Source: Acidobacteriota bacterium (GTDB taxonomy: Bacteria > Acidobacteriota > Vicinamibacteria > Vicinamibacterales > CAVVIG01). Taken from it: DNA of 64,000 nt. The position numbers were made by a program, and so were the translations under genes. The notes beneath the pieces were generated by a model. It saw only the letters and a program-made list of their open reading frames with translations, did not search any database and was not told where the DNA came from. Of this stretch, positions 8,491 through 18,975 are shown piece after piece. Position 1 is the stretch's first letter. The number at the start of each line of letters is the position of its first letter. The stretch spans positions 3,252 through 67,251 of the forward strand of contig JADGOC010000001.1 in the NCBI GenBank assembly GCA_017883165.1, written 5' to 3'.

Positions 8491-11400
8491 CTACGAATCC
8501 AGCACCTCCCGGACCTTTTGGAGCAACGCCGCCGCGGTGAATGGCTTGTTGATGAAGGGCACGTGCGCCTCCAACACCCCGTGTCGCACAATGGTGTCAC
8601 TCGTGTAGCCTGACATGTAGAGCACCTTCATCCCCGGACGAGTCTGAGCGAGATGCTCCGCGAGGTGCCGTCCGCTCATACCGGGCATCACCACATCGCT
8701 GAGCAGAAGGTGCACCGGTTCTTCATGACGCTCCAGCAAGCGCAGCGCCTCCTCGCCTGTGGCCGCCCCGAGCACGGTGTAGCCGGCGGGCTCAAGAACG
8801 CGCGTGGCCAGCTTGCGGAGCCCTGCGTTATCTTCCGCGAGGAGGATGGTTTCGGTGCCGGAACTGGACACCACGGTCGGCCTCGGCCGATCGCTGCCCG
8901 CTGCTTCGGTCACCTGTGGCAGGTAAATCTTAAAGCTGGTTCCCTGGCCGACCTCGCTATAGACCCAGATGAACCCGTGGCTTTGCTTGACGATGCCGTA
9001 GACGGTCGACAGTCCCAGCCCTGTGCCCTTGCCTGGACCCTTGGTGGTGAAAAACGGCTCGAAGATGCGCGCGCGTGTGGCCTCGTCCATGCCGCCGCCG
9101 GAGTCGCTCACGGCCAGCAGTACGTACGATCCGGACGGCATGGTCACACCGAGCTGGCGAGCGACGTCCTTGTCGATCGTGACGTTCTGCGTCTCGATGG
9201 TCAGCCGGCCACCCTGCGGCATGGCGTCTCGCGCATTCACGGCCAAGTTGGTGATCACTTGCTCGATCTGTCCGGGGTCCGCCTTGACGTTACCCAAACC
9301 TGGTGTCGGCACGACCACCAGATCGATGTCCTCTCCGAGTAAGCGCCGGAGCAGACTCTCCATCCTCGCCACCACTGTGTTGAAGTTCATCACCCGTGGC
9401 TCCAAGATCTGCTCGCGACTGAAGGCCAGCAGCTGGCGGGTCAACGTGGCGGCTCGCTCCCCGGCGTGGAGAATCTCCTGCACATCCGCGTACACCGCAT
9501 CGACTTTACTGACCTCCGTCAGCACGAGCTGCGACATCCCGTTAATAACGGTGAGCAGGTTATTGAAGTCGTGCGCGATGCCGCTGGCAAGGTGCCCCAC
9601 ACTTTCCATCTTCTGCGCCTGACGATACTGGGCCTCGAGCTGCAGGCGCTCGGTAATGTCGTTCTTGATCGCGACGAAGTGGGTGATGGCGCCTGACGCA
9701 TCCAGGATCGGGGTTACGGTTTGACGCTCGGTATACAGACTGCCGTCTTTCCGACGATTGATGATCTCGCCGCGCCACGTTTGTCTGGCGAGGATGGTCT
9801 CCCAAAACTCCTTGAAAAACGCTGGGGCATGTTTGCCCGATTTGACCAGGTCCCGGGGGGGCTTGCCGAGCGCTTCTTCGGCGGTGTACCCGGTGAGCTG
9901 GGTGAACGCCGGGTTGACCCACTCGATGACGCCTGCGCGGTCGGTGATCATGATGGCATCAGCGGCGGCGTGCAGCGCGGCGCTTTGGAGGCGCAGGGAT
10001 TCTTCCGCCACCCTGCGCTCGGTGATGTTGTCAAACACGGCGACAAAATATTCCTTTCGCGGACTGGAGACAGAAATGGCCAGCCACCTCTCGAGCGGCT
10101 TCAGGTACACCTCAAACCTCTCGGGCCGGCCCGTTAACGCCACCCTGCCGTAGATCTCGAACACCTCCGGATGAGACTGCCTGATGCCAGGGATGACCTC
10201 GGTGACCTTTCTCCCGACGACATTCTTTAATTCCGTCAGCTCTCCGAATGTGCGATTCACCTCGAGATACACGAAGTCCACAGGCCGGTCGTCCTCGAAC
10301 AGCATGCGGCAATACGCAATGCCGTTCAGCAGGTTCTCGAACAAGGAGCGATAGCGTGCCTCGCTCTCCCGCAATGCCGCCCTTTCCAGCGTCAACGTGT
10401 CCTCGGCTCGCTTCTGCTCGGTGATGTCGCGCGTGCTCAGAACGGCTCCGCCTGGTGCACCCGCCTCGTCGATGAAGACTTTGCCCAGCGTGTCTACCCA
10501 CACGTAGCGGCCATCTGCGTGGCGATACCGAAATTCGACGCGGCCCGCGCCCTGCTGAATCGCTTCGGCGAAGGCGGCCTGCACGCGCTCCAGATCCTCG
10601 GGATGCACAAACGCAAAGGCCGACGTGCCCATCAGCCGCTGCGGCGGGTAGCCCAGAACGGTCTCGTAGCTGGGACTGACGTAGACATAGGTACCATCCA
10701 GGCTTGTCTCGGCGACGAGATCCAGCACGTTGTCGGAGATGAGCTGCAGCTGCGCCTGGCTCTCGCGCAGCGCCTCTTCCGACCGCTTGCGCTCGGTGAC
10801 GTCGTTGAGAGAAAACACCAGGAACTCGACTTCACCTCGATCGTCCTGGATCGGAACCAGCGTCAAGTCCCAGTACGTGACGCCCCATTCCGAATGGTCG
10901 GGGAATATGAACGGTCTGCCGAGAACGTGAAAGGGCTCTCTGGTCTGAACGACACGCTCGAATTCCGCTTTGAGCTCATCGGATGGGTAGAGCTCGAAAT
11001 GGTTGCGTCCGGCGAATTCGGAGACGTCGCGCCGACAGGCCTTCGCGTAGGCCTCATTGACGCGAATGAAGTTGAAGCTCCTGTCAAGAAACACCAGGCA
11101 CGTCTGTGCGTGCTTGAAAAACGATTCAAGGATCCTCGACTGCTCGGCCACCAGGTCGCTTAACCTGGACACCTCATGCTCGCGGTGCAGCGGTCGGACA
11201 GTCAGCCACCACAGGATCGGGGACAGGATGAGGACCAGCAGGAATGCGTCGATGCTCGCTTCGGTCCATGCACTCAGGCGTTTCGTGAGGATGGCCGGCA
11301 GAAGGAACATGACGCCGATTTCTGTTGCGAAGGTGATCGCCAACAGCTCGGCGAGAACACGAAGCGGAATCGTCCGGACAGATCGAGGGGGGTCGAGCAC
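8491..11400 (-). CDS. Hybrid sensor histidine kinase (membrane N-terminus, several PAS domains, HisKA, HATPase, C-terminal receiver)
   Basis: The 969-aa product contains several PAS-like repeats. Other motifs are the H-box ([17 protein letters not shown]), the ATPase G-boxes (DSGGGMD, GTGLGLS) and a receiver domain (ILLAEDN...DVVMPGMSG). Confidence 0.9.
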   Translation of the reverse strand: MLDPPRSVRTIPLRVLAELLAITFATEIGVMFLLPAILTKRLSAWTEASIDAFLLVLILSPILWWLTVRPLHREHEVSRLSDLVAEQSRILESFFKHAQTCLVFLDRSFNFIRVNEAYAKACRRDVSEFAGRNHFELYPSDELKAEFERVVQTREPFHVLGRPFIFPDHSEWGVTYWDLTLVPIQDDRGEVEFLVFSLNDVTERKRSEEALRESQAQLQLISDNVLDLVAETSLDGTYVYVSPSYETVLGYPPQRLMGTSAFAFVHPEDLERVQAAFAEAIQQGAGRVEFRYRHADGRYVWVDTLGKVFIDEAGAPGGAVLSTRDITEQKRAEDTLTLERAALRESEARYRSLFENLLNGIAYCRMLFEDDRPVDFVYLEVNRTFGELTELKNVVGRKVTEVIPGIRQSHPEVFEIYGRVALTGRPERFEVYLKPLERWLAISVSSPRKEYFVAVFDNITERRVAEESLRLQSAALHAAADAIMITDRAGVIEWVNPAFTQLTGYTAEEALGKPPRDLVKSGKHAPAFFKEFWETILARQTWRGEIINRRKDGSLYTERQTVTPILDASGAITHFVAIKNDITERLQLEAQYRQAQKMESVGHLASGIAHDFNNLLTVINGMSQLVLTEVSKVDAVYADVQEILHAGERAATLTRQLLAFSREQILEPRVMNFNTVVARMESLLRRLLGEDIDLVVVPTPGLGNVKADPGQIEQVITNLAVNARDAMPQGGRLTIETQNVTIDKDVARQLGVTMPSGSYVLLAVSDSGGGMDEATRARIFEPFFTTKGPGKGTGLGLSTVYGIVKQSHGFIWVYSEVGQGTSFKIYLPQVTEAAGSDRPRPTVVSSSGTETILLAEDNAGLRKLATRVLEPAGYTVLGAATGEEALRLLERHEEPVHLLLSDVVMPGMSGRHLAEHLAQTRPGMKVLYMSGYTSDTIVRHGVLEAHVPFINKPFTAAALLQKVREVLDS

Positions 11401-11567
11401 GCCGCCACCTCCATCGCGAGTCTAACTGATGCCGACTTGAATGCGATGCCTCACAGCGGGGTCTATTCGTTGTTTCGAGTCCACAATTCCGAAGCCACGA
11501 TGTCTACATCGTATTGATTCTAAATTGTTTATAACGGTCTTCGTCCGCCAAGAATCTGACCCCTCTT

Positions 11568-12056
11568 TCATCGCTCCGGTTCCGCTGACCCTGTATCGAA
11601 CACCGCTTTCCACGACCCATCCGTCTGCTTCTTCCAAACCGTCAGGTAGTTTCCTCGACCGGTGACCGGCTTCCCGTCGGGACCGATCGCGTGGCGCGCA
11701 TACGTGCCAACCGTGTAGCCCAGGTCGCCGCCGACCAGCACCTTCGCGCTGACCGGCTTCCACACGAGCGTCGGGCCGCCTTCCGCGAAGTACGGCGCCC
11801 ACGCCTTGGCAACCGCGTCCCGCCCGCGCAGTTGCTGCGGCGCCCCTCCACTAAACGTCGCATCGTCTGCAAGAAAGGCGAGGAAATGATCGAGCCGTCG
11901 ATCGGTCACGGCCTGGCAGAACGCCTCGTCGGCCCTGGTGATCGCGGCTTCCGCGGCTTTGAGATCGATGGTCTGCGCCTCGACGCCGCGCGTCAGACAC
12001 CGCGCGATGCAGACGAGGGTAGCGACAATGGCGACTCGGACGTGAGCTGATGTCAT
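11568..12056 (-). CDS. SnoaL-like/DUF4440 (NTF2-fold) secreted protein
   Basis: The ATG at 12056 has a GGGAG 8 nt upstream. The product has a signal-like N-terminus and an ending (...YLTVWKKQTDGSWKAVFD) typical of DUF4440. Confidence 0.7.
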   Translation of the reverse strand: MTSAHVRVAIVATLVCIARCLTRGVEAQTIDLKAAEAAITRADEAFCQAVTDRRLDHFLAFLADDATFSGGAPQQLRGRDAVAKAWAPYFAEGGPTLVWKPVSAKVLVGGDLGYTVGTYARHAIGPDGKPVTGRGNYLTVWKKQTDGSWKAVFDTGSAEPER

Positions 12057-12067
12057 GCCTGGCTCCC

Positions 12068-12096
12068 TTGACAAACGCGGCCCGGAAATTTATCGT
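12068..12096 (+). promoter_or_regulatory. Candidate sigma70 promoter for padR (TTGACA-17 nt-TATCGT)
   Basis: Hexamers and spacing were read directly: TTGACA at 12068-12073 and TATCGT at 12091-12096. It lies in the divergent spacer between the SnoaL-like gene and padR. Confidence 0.4.
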
Positions 12097-12137
12097 CGTT
12101 GTCGAGCGTCTACAGGAGAGACCCGACCGGGCACACT

Positions 12138-12470
12138 ATGAAGACACGGAAGAGCGATCTCTTGCAAGGCACGCTCGACCTGCTGATCCTGCGCACGCTC
12201 TCGTCGGACGATGTGCACGGCTGGGGCATCGCGCAGCGGCTCCAGCAGATTTCGCAGGATGTGCTCCAGGTCAATCAGGGCTCGCTCTACCCCGCGCTCT
12301 ACCGGCTGGAGCAACAGAGGTGGATCGAGTCGTCGTGGGGCGACTCCGAAAACAACCGGCGCGCGAAGTTCTACCGGCTCACCAAGACCGGCCGCAAACA
12401 GCTCGCCGAAGAAACGGCCAACTGGGAGCGGATGGCGGCCGCGGTCCAGCGTGTATTGCAGCGCGCCTGA
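12138..12470 (+). CDS. PadR-family transcriptional regulator
   Basis: The sequence MKTRKSDLLQGTLDLLILRTLSSDDVHGWGIAQRLQQIS...GSLYPALYRLEQQRWIES is a canonical PadR winged helix. I chose the ATG at 12138, inside the ORF 12099..12470. Confidence 0.85.
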   Translation: MKTRKSDLLQGTLDLLILRTLSSDDVHGWGIAQRLQQISQDVLQVNQGSLYPALYRLEQQRWIESSWGDSENNRRAKFYRLTKTGRKQLAEETANWERMAAAVQRVLQRA

Positions 12471-12528
12471 CCCGGAAATGCTCGAAGCGTCAAGCCTGCC
12501 CCTCCCGCCTGGCACAGTATGATGAAGC

Positions 12529-14376
12529 GTGGCTGATCCTCAAGAACCCAAGAAGAAACTGTCCCCCGGCGCCTGGGAAGAGGCGCGCGCCCTCATCTGG
12601 CAGCACCGCAAACGCCTCGCGCTCGGCCTGACGCTGATGCTCGTCAATCGTTTCGCGGGTCTGGTGGCTCCCTGGTCCACCAAGTGGCTCATGGACGATG
12701 TCATCGCCAAGGGGCACTGGAATCTGCTGCCGACGATCGCGATGGCGGTGGGCGCGGCGACGCTCGTCGAGACCGCCACCTCGTTCGGCAACTCGCAAAT
12801 CCTCGGCGTGGCGGCCCAGCGCGCCATCACCGAGATGCGCAAGGACGTCGAAGCGCACGTCATGCGGCTGCCGATTCGCTACTTCGATTCGACCAAGACC
12901 GGCATCCTCATCTCGCGCATCATGACGGACGCCGAAGGCATTCGAAATCTCGTCGGCACCGGGCTCGTGCAGCTCACCGGATCGGTCATCACGGCGGTGA
13001 TCGCGGTCGGCTGCCTCTTCTACCTGAACTGGCGGCTGACCTGCGTCACCATCGTCATTCTCGGCACCTTCGGCGTCGGCATGGCGATGGCCTTCAACCG
13101 GCTGCGCCCGCTCTTCCGCGAGCGGGGACAGATCAACGCGGAGGTGACCGGCCGGCTCGCCGAGTCGCTCGGCGGCGTCCGCATCGTCAAGTCGTACACG
13201 GCCGAAAAGCGCGAGGAACTGGTGTTCGCCAAGGGGGCGCACAAGTTGTTCAGAAACGTCGCGCAGTCGTTGACGGGCGTCTCGGCGGTCACGGCGTTCT
13301 CGAGCCTCGTGATTGGCGCGATCGTCATCGCGATGATTCTCGTCGGCGGATCGTCGATCCGCGCCGGACGGATGACCATCGGCGATCTGGTCGCCTATCT
13401 CTCGCTCACCGCGCTGATGACCATGCCGGTGATCCAGCTCGCGTCGATCGGCACGCAGATGAGCGAAGCGTTCGCCGGCCTCGATCGCATCCGCGAGATC
13501 CGCAAGATGGCGACCGAAGACGACGAAGACGAGTCGCGTCAGCCCTTGTCCAACGTCCGCGGCGAGCTGATCTTCGACGATGTGAGCTTCGAGTACAACC
13601 CCGGAGTGCCGGTGCTCAAGCACGTGAGCTTCGACGCGCCAGCCGGCTCGACGACGGCGCTCGTCGGGTCGAGCGGCTCCGGCAAGAGCACGCTCATCAG
13701 CCTCGTCATGACGTTCAATCGTCCCCTCTCGGGCCGCGTGCTCGTCGACGGCCACGATCTAATGAGTGTGAAGCTGCGCGACTATCGCTCGCAGCTCGGC
13801 GTCGTGTTGCAGGATAACTTTTTGTTCGACGGGACGATCGCCGCCAACATCGCGTATGGCAATCCGCACGCGAGCCGCGAGGAGATCAAAGCGGTGAGCA
13901 CGATCGCGCACTGCGACGAGTTCATCGAGGGGTTCGAGAAGCAGTACGACACGATCGTCGGCGAGCGCGGCGTGCGGCTCTCGGGCGGCCAGCGCCAGCG
14001 CGTGGCGATCGCGCGGGCGATTCTCGCCAACCCGAGAATCCTGATTCTCGACGAAGCGACGTCAAGCCTCGACAGCGAGAGCGAAGCGCTGATTCAGGAC
14101 GGCCTGCGCTCGCTGCGCCAGGGGCGGACGACGTTCGTCATCGCGCATCGCCTGTCCACAATTCGCAGCGCGGATCAGATTCTGGTGCTCGAGGGCGGCG
14201 AAATCGTCGAGCGCGGGACGCACGAACAGCTGCTCGCGAGCGGCGGGCGGTACCGTCAGCTCCACGACAAGCAGTATCGATTTGAAAAAGACCGGTTCAT
14301 CAACCCGGGCGAGGACTTCACGCCGGAGCCGGAGGCGGTGGCGCGGCCCGCGGCGCGCGCCAACAACGCGCTGTAG
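12529..14376 (+). CDS. ABC exporter, fused permease/ATPase (MsbA/ABCB type)
   Basis: The 615-aa product has a 6-TM N-terminal domain. ATPase motifs are Walker A (GSSGSGKST), the signature (LSGGQRQR) and Walker B (ILILDEATS). Confidence 0.9.
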   Translation: MADPQEPKKKLSPGAWEEARALIWQHRKRLALGLTLMLVNRFAGLVAPWSTKWLMDDVIAKGHWNLLPTIAMAVGAATLVETATSFGNSQILGVAAQRAITEMRKDVEAHVMRLPIRYFDSTKTGILISRIMTDAEGIRNLVGTGLVQLTGSVITAVIAVGCLFYLNWRLTCVTIVILGTFGVGMAMAFNRLRPLFRERGQINAEVTGRLAESLGGVRIVKSYTAEKREELVFAKGAHKLFRNVAQSLTGVSAVTAFSSLVIGAIVIAMILVGGSSIRAGRMTIGDLVAYLSLTALMTMPVIQLASIGTQMSEAFAGLDRIREIRKMATEDDEDESRQPLSNVRGELIFDDVSFEYNPGVPVLKHVSFDAPAGSTTALVGSSGSGKSTLISLVMTFNRPLSGRVLVDGHDLMSVKLRDYRSQLGVVLQDNFLFDGTIAANIAYGNPHASREEIKAVSTIAHCDEFIEGFEKQYDTIVGERGVRLSGGQRQRVAIARAILANPRILILDEATSSLDSESEALIQDGLRSLRQGRTTFVIAHRLSTIRSADQILVLEGGEIVERGTHEQLLASGGRYRQLHDKQYRFEKDRFINPGEDFTPEPEAVARPAARANNAL

Positions 14377-14399
14377 ACTGACGCCAGGAGGAACTCCCA

Positions 14400-15803
14400 G
14401 TGATCGTGCCGACCGCGGCGACTTGCCGTCAATCTGTGGTGGTGGTGGTTCTTGCACTTTTCGCCGTTACCGTTTCCTCCTCGCTCAGAGCCGATTCCCC
14501 GCCCCCATGGCTCGAGCCATACCGCGAGCCGGCCGCGCGGCTGATCGGCGAAGCCCTCAGCGACACCTTCGCGTGGCGCCGCCTCGCGGTGCTGACCGAT
14601 TCGGTCGGCAACCGCCTCAGCGGCACGCCGCAGCTCGATCGCGCGATCCAATGGGCCGTCGCGGAAATGAAGAATGATGGCCTCGAGAACGTCCACACCG
14701 AGAAGGCGATGGTGCCCAGGTGGGTCCGCGGAGCCGAAAGCGCGGAGATCGTCCAGCCCGCGCGTCACGCGATGGCCATGCTCGGCCTCGGGGACAGCGT
14801 CGCGACGCCGCCGGACGGCATCCAGGCCGAGATCCTCGTGGTCCACACCTTCGAGGAGCTCGACGCCGCCGCTGCCCAGGTGCGCGGACGCATCGTCGTC
14901 TTCAACGTGCCTTACACAAACTATGGCGAGACGGTGCGCTTTCGGGCGAGCGGCCCTTCACGCGCCGCCGCGCACGGCGCCGTCGGAATGCTGATTCGAT
15001 CGGTCGGGCTCGCCGGACTCCGGCTGCCGCATACCGGCGCGCTGCAATACACGGCTGAGGCGGCGAAGATCCCCGCGGCCGCGATCGCTTCGGAAGACGC
15101 CGACCGGCTCCAGCGTATGGTCGACCGGGGCGACCGGGTAACCGTCAACCTGAAGATGACTGCGCACTTCGAACCGGACGTCGAGTCGGCGAACGTCGTC
15201 GGCGAGATTCGCGGGCGGGAGAAACCGGATGAGGTCGTCGTGATCGGCGGTCACCTCGACTCGTGGGACGTCGGCGCCGGCGCGACCGACGATGGGGGCG
15301 GGTGCGTGGTGACGTGGGAGGCGCTGCGCATCATGAAGAAGCTGAACCTGCGCCCGCGGCGGACCGTGCGCGTGGTGCTCTGGACCAACGAGGAGAACGG
15401 CGGCCGCGGTGGCCAGGCTTATCGTGATGCGCACCGCGACACGCTCGCCAACCATATCTTGATGATGGAATCGGACGGCGGCGTCTTCCGGCCGCTGGGC
15501 TTCGGCTTCACCGGCTCCGAAGCGGCGCGCCAGACGGTGAAGGCGATCGCGTCGCTCCTTCGCGGCATCGCCGCGGATCAGATCGGCGATACCGGCGAAG
15601 GCGCCGACATCGCGCCGAGCGTGGCCGAGGGGAAAATCCCGGCGATGTCGCTCGAGGTGGACGGCTCGAAGTACTTCCTCATTCACCACACGCAGGCCGA
15701 CACGATCGACAAGATCGATCCGGTGGAGATGGCCAAGTGCGCCGCGGCGGTCGCCGTCATGGCGTACGTCGTCGCCGACCTGCCTCAGCGTCTGGGGCAA
15801 TAA
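14400..15803 (+). CDS. Secreted M28-family aminopeptidase with PA domain
   Basis: The GTG start has an AGGAGG 8 nt upstream, and the product has a signal-like N-terminus. M28 metal-ligand motifs are GGHLDSWDVGAGATDDGGG and WTNEENGGRG. Confidence 0.85.
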   Translation: MIVPTAATCRQSVVVVVLALFAVTVSSSLRADSPPPWLEPYREPAARLIGEALSDTFAWRRLAVLTDSVGNRLSGTPQLDRAIQWAVAEMKNDGLENVHTEKAMVPRWVRGAESAEIVQPARHAMAMLGLGDSVATPPDGIQAEILVVHTFEELDAAAAQVRGRIVVFNVPYTNYGETVRFRASGPSRAAAHGAVGMLIRSVGLAGLRLPHTGALQYTAEAAKIPAAAIASEDADRLQRMVDRGDRVTVNLKMTAHFEPDVESANVVGEIRGREKPDEVVVIGGHLDSWDVGAGATDDGGGCVVTWEALRIMKKLNLRPRRTVRVVLWTNEENGGRGGQAYRDAHRDTLANHILMMESDGGVFRPLGFGFTGSEAARQTVKAIASLLRGIAADQIGDTGEGADIAPSVAEGKIPAMSLEVDGSKYFLIHHTQADTIDKIDPVEMAKCAAAVAVMAYVVADLPQRLGQ

Positions 15804-15917
15804 CGTGTGGCTGCCGGCGAGAGCGAGGCCGTTGACAAACCCTCGGATCCACGCGCGCGAGTGCCCGATGAACCCGCAGCACTCATCTGCCGCCAGTCAG
15901 GTCAAGAGCCTTACACC

Positions 15918-15983
15918 ATGAAGCACATGGACCACATGGAGCACATGGAGAAGGCCTTCCAGGGGGAAACCCTGCATGACTAG
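15918..15983 (+). other. 21-codon His/Met-rich mini-ORF (MKHMDHMEHMEKAFQGETLHD) overlapping the cydA start
   Basis: Translated by hand. Its TAG at 15981-15983 overlaps the cydA ATG at 15976 (ATGACTAG). There is no obvious SD, so coding status is uncertain. Confidence 0.25.
15924..15950. repeat. Three tandem copies of a 9-mer (CACATGGAC CACATGGAG CACATGGAG)
   Basis: Read directly from the sequence. The repeat lies 26-52 nt upstream of the cydA start codon. Confidence 0.9.
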
Positions 15984-17310
15984 CGCCGTAATCGCGGGAC
16001 GCGTCCAGTTCGCGTTCACGATCATGTTTCACTACCTGTTCCCGGTCCTGACGATCGGGCTCGGGGTGCTCATCGGCGTGCTCAAGAGCGTGGAGTTCTT
16101 TGGCGGTCGCACGGAGTACGGCCACGCAGCTCGCTTCTGGGCGCGGATCTTTGCCATCACGTTCGGCGCCGGCGTCGTCACCGGCATTCCGATGGAGTTT
16201 CAGTTCGGGACGAATTGGGCGCGCTTCTCTCACTTTGCCGGACCGGTGATCGGACAGACGCTCTTCATGGAGGGCGTCTTCGCGTTCTTTGCCGAGTCGT
16301 CCTTCCTCGGCGTGTTCCTGCTCGGCGAAGGCCGCGTGCGCCCGGTGGTGCACTGGCTGTCGGCTCTGATGGTGGGATGCGGCGCCGTGCTGTCCGGCTA
16401 CTTCATCGTCGCCACGGATGCGTGGATGCAGCACCCGGTCGGCTATCAGATCGTGGGCGGCCGCGCGGAGCTGACGAGCCTGTGGGCACTGCTCACGAAC
16501 CCGTACCTGCGATGGCAGTATCCGCACGTGGTGTCGGGATCCATCGTCACGGGCTCGATGGTGATGGCCGGCGTCGGCGCGTACTACCTGCTCTCGAAAC
16601 GTGATGAAGACTTCGGCCGTCTGTCGGTGCGCGTTGGTGTCACCGCGGGCCTGCTGTGCTCGCTGACCTCGCTCTTCCCCACGGGGGCGCTCCACGCCGA
16701 ACGCGTCTCGCGCCTCCAGCCGGCGAAGACGGCGGCGATTGAAGGCCTGTTCGAAACGCAACGGGGCGCACCGATGGCGATCATCGGCATGCCGGACACC
16801 GACGCGAAGCGTCTGCTCGATCCGATCCTGATTCCGGACGCGTTGAGCTACTTGATGTACGGCACCGCGAGCGCGCCGGTCACTGGCCTCAATGACATTC
16901 CGCCTGACGAACAGCCGCCTGTCGAACTGGTGTACTACGCGTACCACATCATGGTGGGGCTCGGGACGATCTTCATCGCGCTGTTCGTCCTGTCGGCTCT
17001 TGCGCTCTGGCGCGGGACACTCTTCAGGTCGAAGGCGCTCCTCTGGGCCTTGATGCTCGCGATGCCGTTTCCGTACATCGCGAACGAGGCGGGCTGGGTC
17101 GTCGCGGAGGTCGGCCGGCAGCCGTGGATCGCGTACGGTCTGCTGCGAACGACGGCGGCGACATCCACCAACGTGAGCGGCGGCATGACGATCTTCACGC
17201 TGCTCGGCTTCATGGGACTGTACCTGCTCGTCGGCGCGCTCTACACGCTGGTCTTCCTGCGAATCGTGCTCCAGGGTCCGAACGCCGCCACGACGGAGGC
17301 GCACTACTGA
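15976..17310 (+). CDS. cydA: Cytochrome bd ubiquinol oxidase subunit I
   Basis: The 444-aa product starts MTSAVIAGRVQFAFTIMFHYLFPVLTIGLG and contains ...GWVVAEVGRQPW (the Q-loop/heme region typical of CydA). An AGGGGGA sits 9 nt upstream. Confidence 0.95.
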   Translation: MTSAVIAGRVQFAFTIMFHYLFPVLTIGLGVLIGVLKSVEFFGGRTEYGHAARFWARIFAITFGAGVVTGIPMEFQFGTNWARFSHFAGPVIGQTLFMEGVFAFFAESSFLGVFLLGEGRVRPVVHWLSALMVGCGAVLSGYFIVATDAWMQHPVGYQIVGGRAELTSLWALLTNPYLRWQYPHVVSGSIVTGSMVMAGVGAYYLLSKRDEDFGRLSVRVGVTAGLLCSLTSLFPTGALHAERVSRLQPAKTAAIEGLFETQRGAPMAIIGMPDTDAKRLLDPILIPDALSYLMYGTASAPVTGLNDIPPDEQPPVELVYYAYHIMVGLGTIFIALFVLSALALWRGTLFRSKALLWALMLAMPFPYIANEAGWVVAEVGRQPWIAYGLLRTTAATSTNVSGGMTIFTLLGFMGLYLLVGALYTLVFLRIVLQGPNAATTEAHY

Positions 17311-18302
17311 TGGTCCACACGATCTGGTTCGTCGTGCTGTCGGCCATGCTGGCGGGCTATGCGGTCCTCGACGGCTTCGATCTCGGCGTCGGCGCGCTGC
17401 ATCTGCTCGTCGGCCGAAATCGCGAAGAGCGTGCGCACCTGATCCGCACGATCGGCCCGGTGTGGAACGGCAACGAGGTGTGGCTGCTTGCGGCCGGTGG
17501 CGCGATGGTCGTGGCGTTCCCGTCGGTCTATGCGGCGAGCTTCAGCGGCTTCTACCTCGCCCTGATGCTCGTCCTCTGGCTGCTCATCCTGCGCGGCTTG
17601 TCCCTCGAGTTTCGCCACCAGATCGACAACGCGCTCTGGCATGACGCGTGGGACGTCGTGTTCTCGGGGTCGTCGATGCTCCTGGCGCTGCTCTTCGGCG
17701 TGGCCTTTGCCAACGTGCTTCGCGGCGTGCCGCTCGACGCCCAGGGCGCCTTCCAGGGATCGTTCGCGCTGATGCTCAATCCATTCGCGCTCCTCGGCGG
17801 CGTGCTGGGCGTCGTGACGCTCGCGCAACACGGGGCGTCGTGGCTGGCGCTCAAGACCAACGGCGAGCTCCGCGACCGGGCACGACGCTATCAACGCCGA
17901 CTCTGGGGCGTGACGACGGCCGCGATTGCCGCGACGGTGGCCGCGAGCTTCGTCGTACGGCCAGACTTCACGAGGAACTTTCTAGCGGCGCCGTGGCTGT
18001 CGATCGTGCCGGCTCTCGCGATCGCCTGCGTCGCCGCCCTGCGGCTGTGGATGGGACGTGACGATCGGCGAGCGTTTCTCGCGAGCGCGGGCGTCGTGGC
18101 CACGCTGATCGGATCGGCGGCTGCGGGGCTGTATCCGAGGTTGCTGCCAGCACTTCCGGGCAGCGCGCATCCGGGGCTGGACATTTACAACGCGGCGTCG
18201 CCCGACGGCAGCCTGCGCATTGCGCTCGGCATCTATCTTGTCGGCATGGGGATCGTCGTCACCTACCTGTGGCGCATCTATCGTATCTGGCGGGATACCT
18301 AG
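17310..18302 (+). CDS. cydB: Cytochrome bd ubiquinol oxidase subunit II
   Basis: The ATG at 17310 overlaps the cydA TGA. The N-terminus MVHTIWFVVLSAMLAGYAVLDGFDLGVG is typical of CydB. Confidence 0.9.
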   Translation: MVHTIWFVVLSAMLAGYAVLDGFDLGVGALHLLVGRNREERAHLIRTIGPVWNGNEVWLLAAGGAMVVAFPSVYAASFSGFYLALMLVLWLLILRGLSLEFRHQIDNALWHDAWDVVFSGSSMLLALLFGVAFANVLRGVPLDAQGAFQGSFALMLNPFALLGGVLGVVTLAQHGASWLALKTNGELRDRARRYQRRLWGVTTAAIAATVAASFVVRPDFTRNFLAAPWLSIVPALAIACVAALRLWMGRDDRRAFLASAGVVATLIGSAAAGLYPRLLPALPGSAHPGLDIYNAASPDGSLRIALGIYLVGMGIVVTYLWRIYRIWRDT

Positions 18303-18338
18303 TAGCTCATCTCCGTACCGTAAGCGACGACAGTCAAC

Positions 18339-18366
18339 GCGGAGATCGCAGAGCACGCAGAGAAGC
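18339..18366. repeat. CAGAG-rich word string (GCGGAGATCGCAGAGCACGCAGAGAAGC), possibly related to the 54.2/56.4 kb repeats
   Basis: Read directly in the cydB-cupin spacer. It shares the GAGATCGC and CAGAG words with 56445-56471. The relationship is weak. Confidence 0.3.
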
Positions 18367-18398
18367 ATGGCGGCTCTCCCTCGTGTTAGCATCCTGCG

Positions 18399-18950
18399 AT
18401 GAAATTCGTCTTGTTCGCGTCGGCGATCGTCGCCCTCGGCGCGCTTCAACCATCGACACCCGCCATCGACAACGAGCGCGTGACCGTGTGGGATCTGACC
18501 AAGGCCGGCAACCGGGCGCTGACGCCAACCCGTCCGTTCGTGTCCATCAGCCTGACGCCGCGGGTGGCGTTCGCCGAAGCCGGGCACGCCGCACCGGCCG
18601 GCTCGATTGTCATCGAGCTGAAGGATCACGCCGTGCCGCCCCTGGCCAACACGTCGGGTTTTCCCAACGCGTTCCCGCGACCCAATTCCAAGAAGCTGTT
18701 CGAGAACGACAAGGTCGTCGTGTGGGACTACGCGTGGACGACCGGCGTGCCGACGCCGATGCATTTTCACGACAAGGACGTCGTCGTCGTGTATCTCGAA
18801 ACCGGCGGGCTGAAATCGACGACGGCCGAGGGACAGAGCGTCGTGAACGACCTGCAACCGGGGTTGATTCGGTTCAATGCCCGGGACCGCGTCCACACCG
18901 AGGAACTCGTGCGGGGAAAGTCTCGCGCGATCATCACCGAGCTCAAATAG
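18399..18950 (+). CDS. Secreted cupin-like protein
   Basis: The product has a signal peptide (MKFVLFASAIVALGA). The C-terminal half (VVVWDYAWTTGVPTPMHFHDKDVVVVYLETG...IRFNARDRVHTEE) resembles a cupin barrel. Confidence 0.6.
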   Translation: MKFVLFASAIVALGALQPSTPAIDNERVTVWDLTKAGNRALTPTRPFVSISLTPRVAFAEAGHAAPAGSIVIELKDHAVPPLANTSGFPNAFPRPNSKKLFENDKVVVWDYAWTTGVPTPMHFHDKDVVVVYLETGGLKSTTAEGQSVVNDLQPGLIRFNARDRVHTEELVRGKSRAIITELK

Positions 18951-18975
18951 ACGGCGCTGCCGACAGGAGAGAGCC

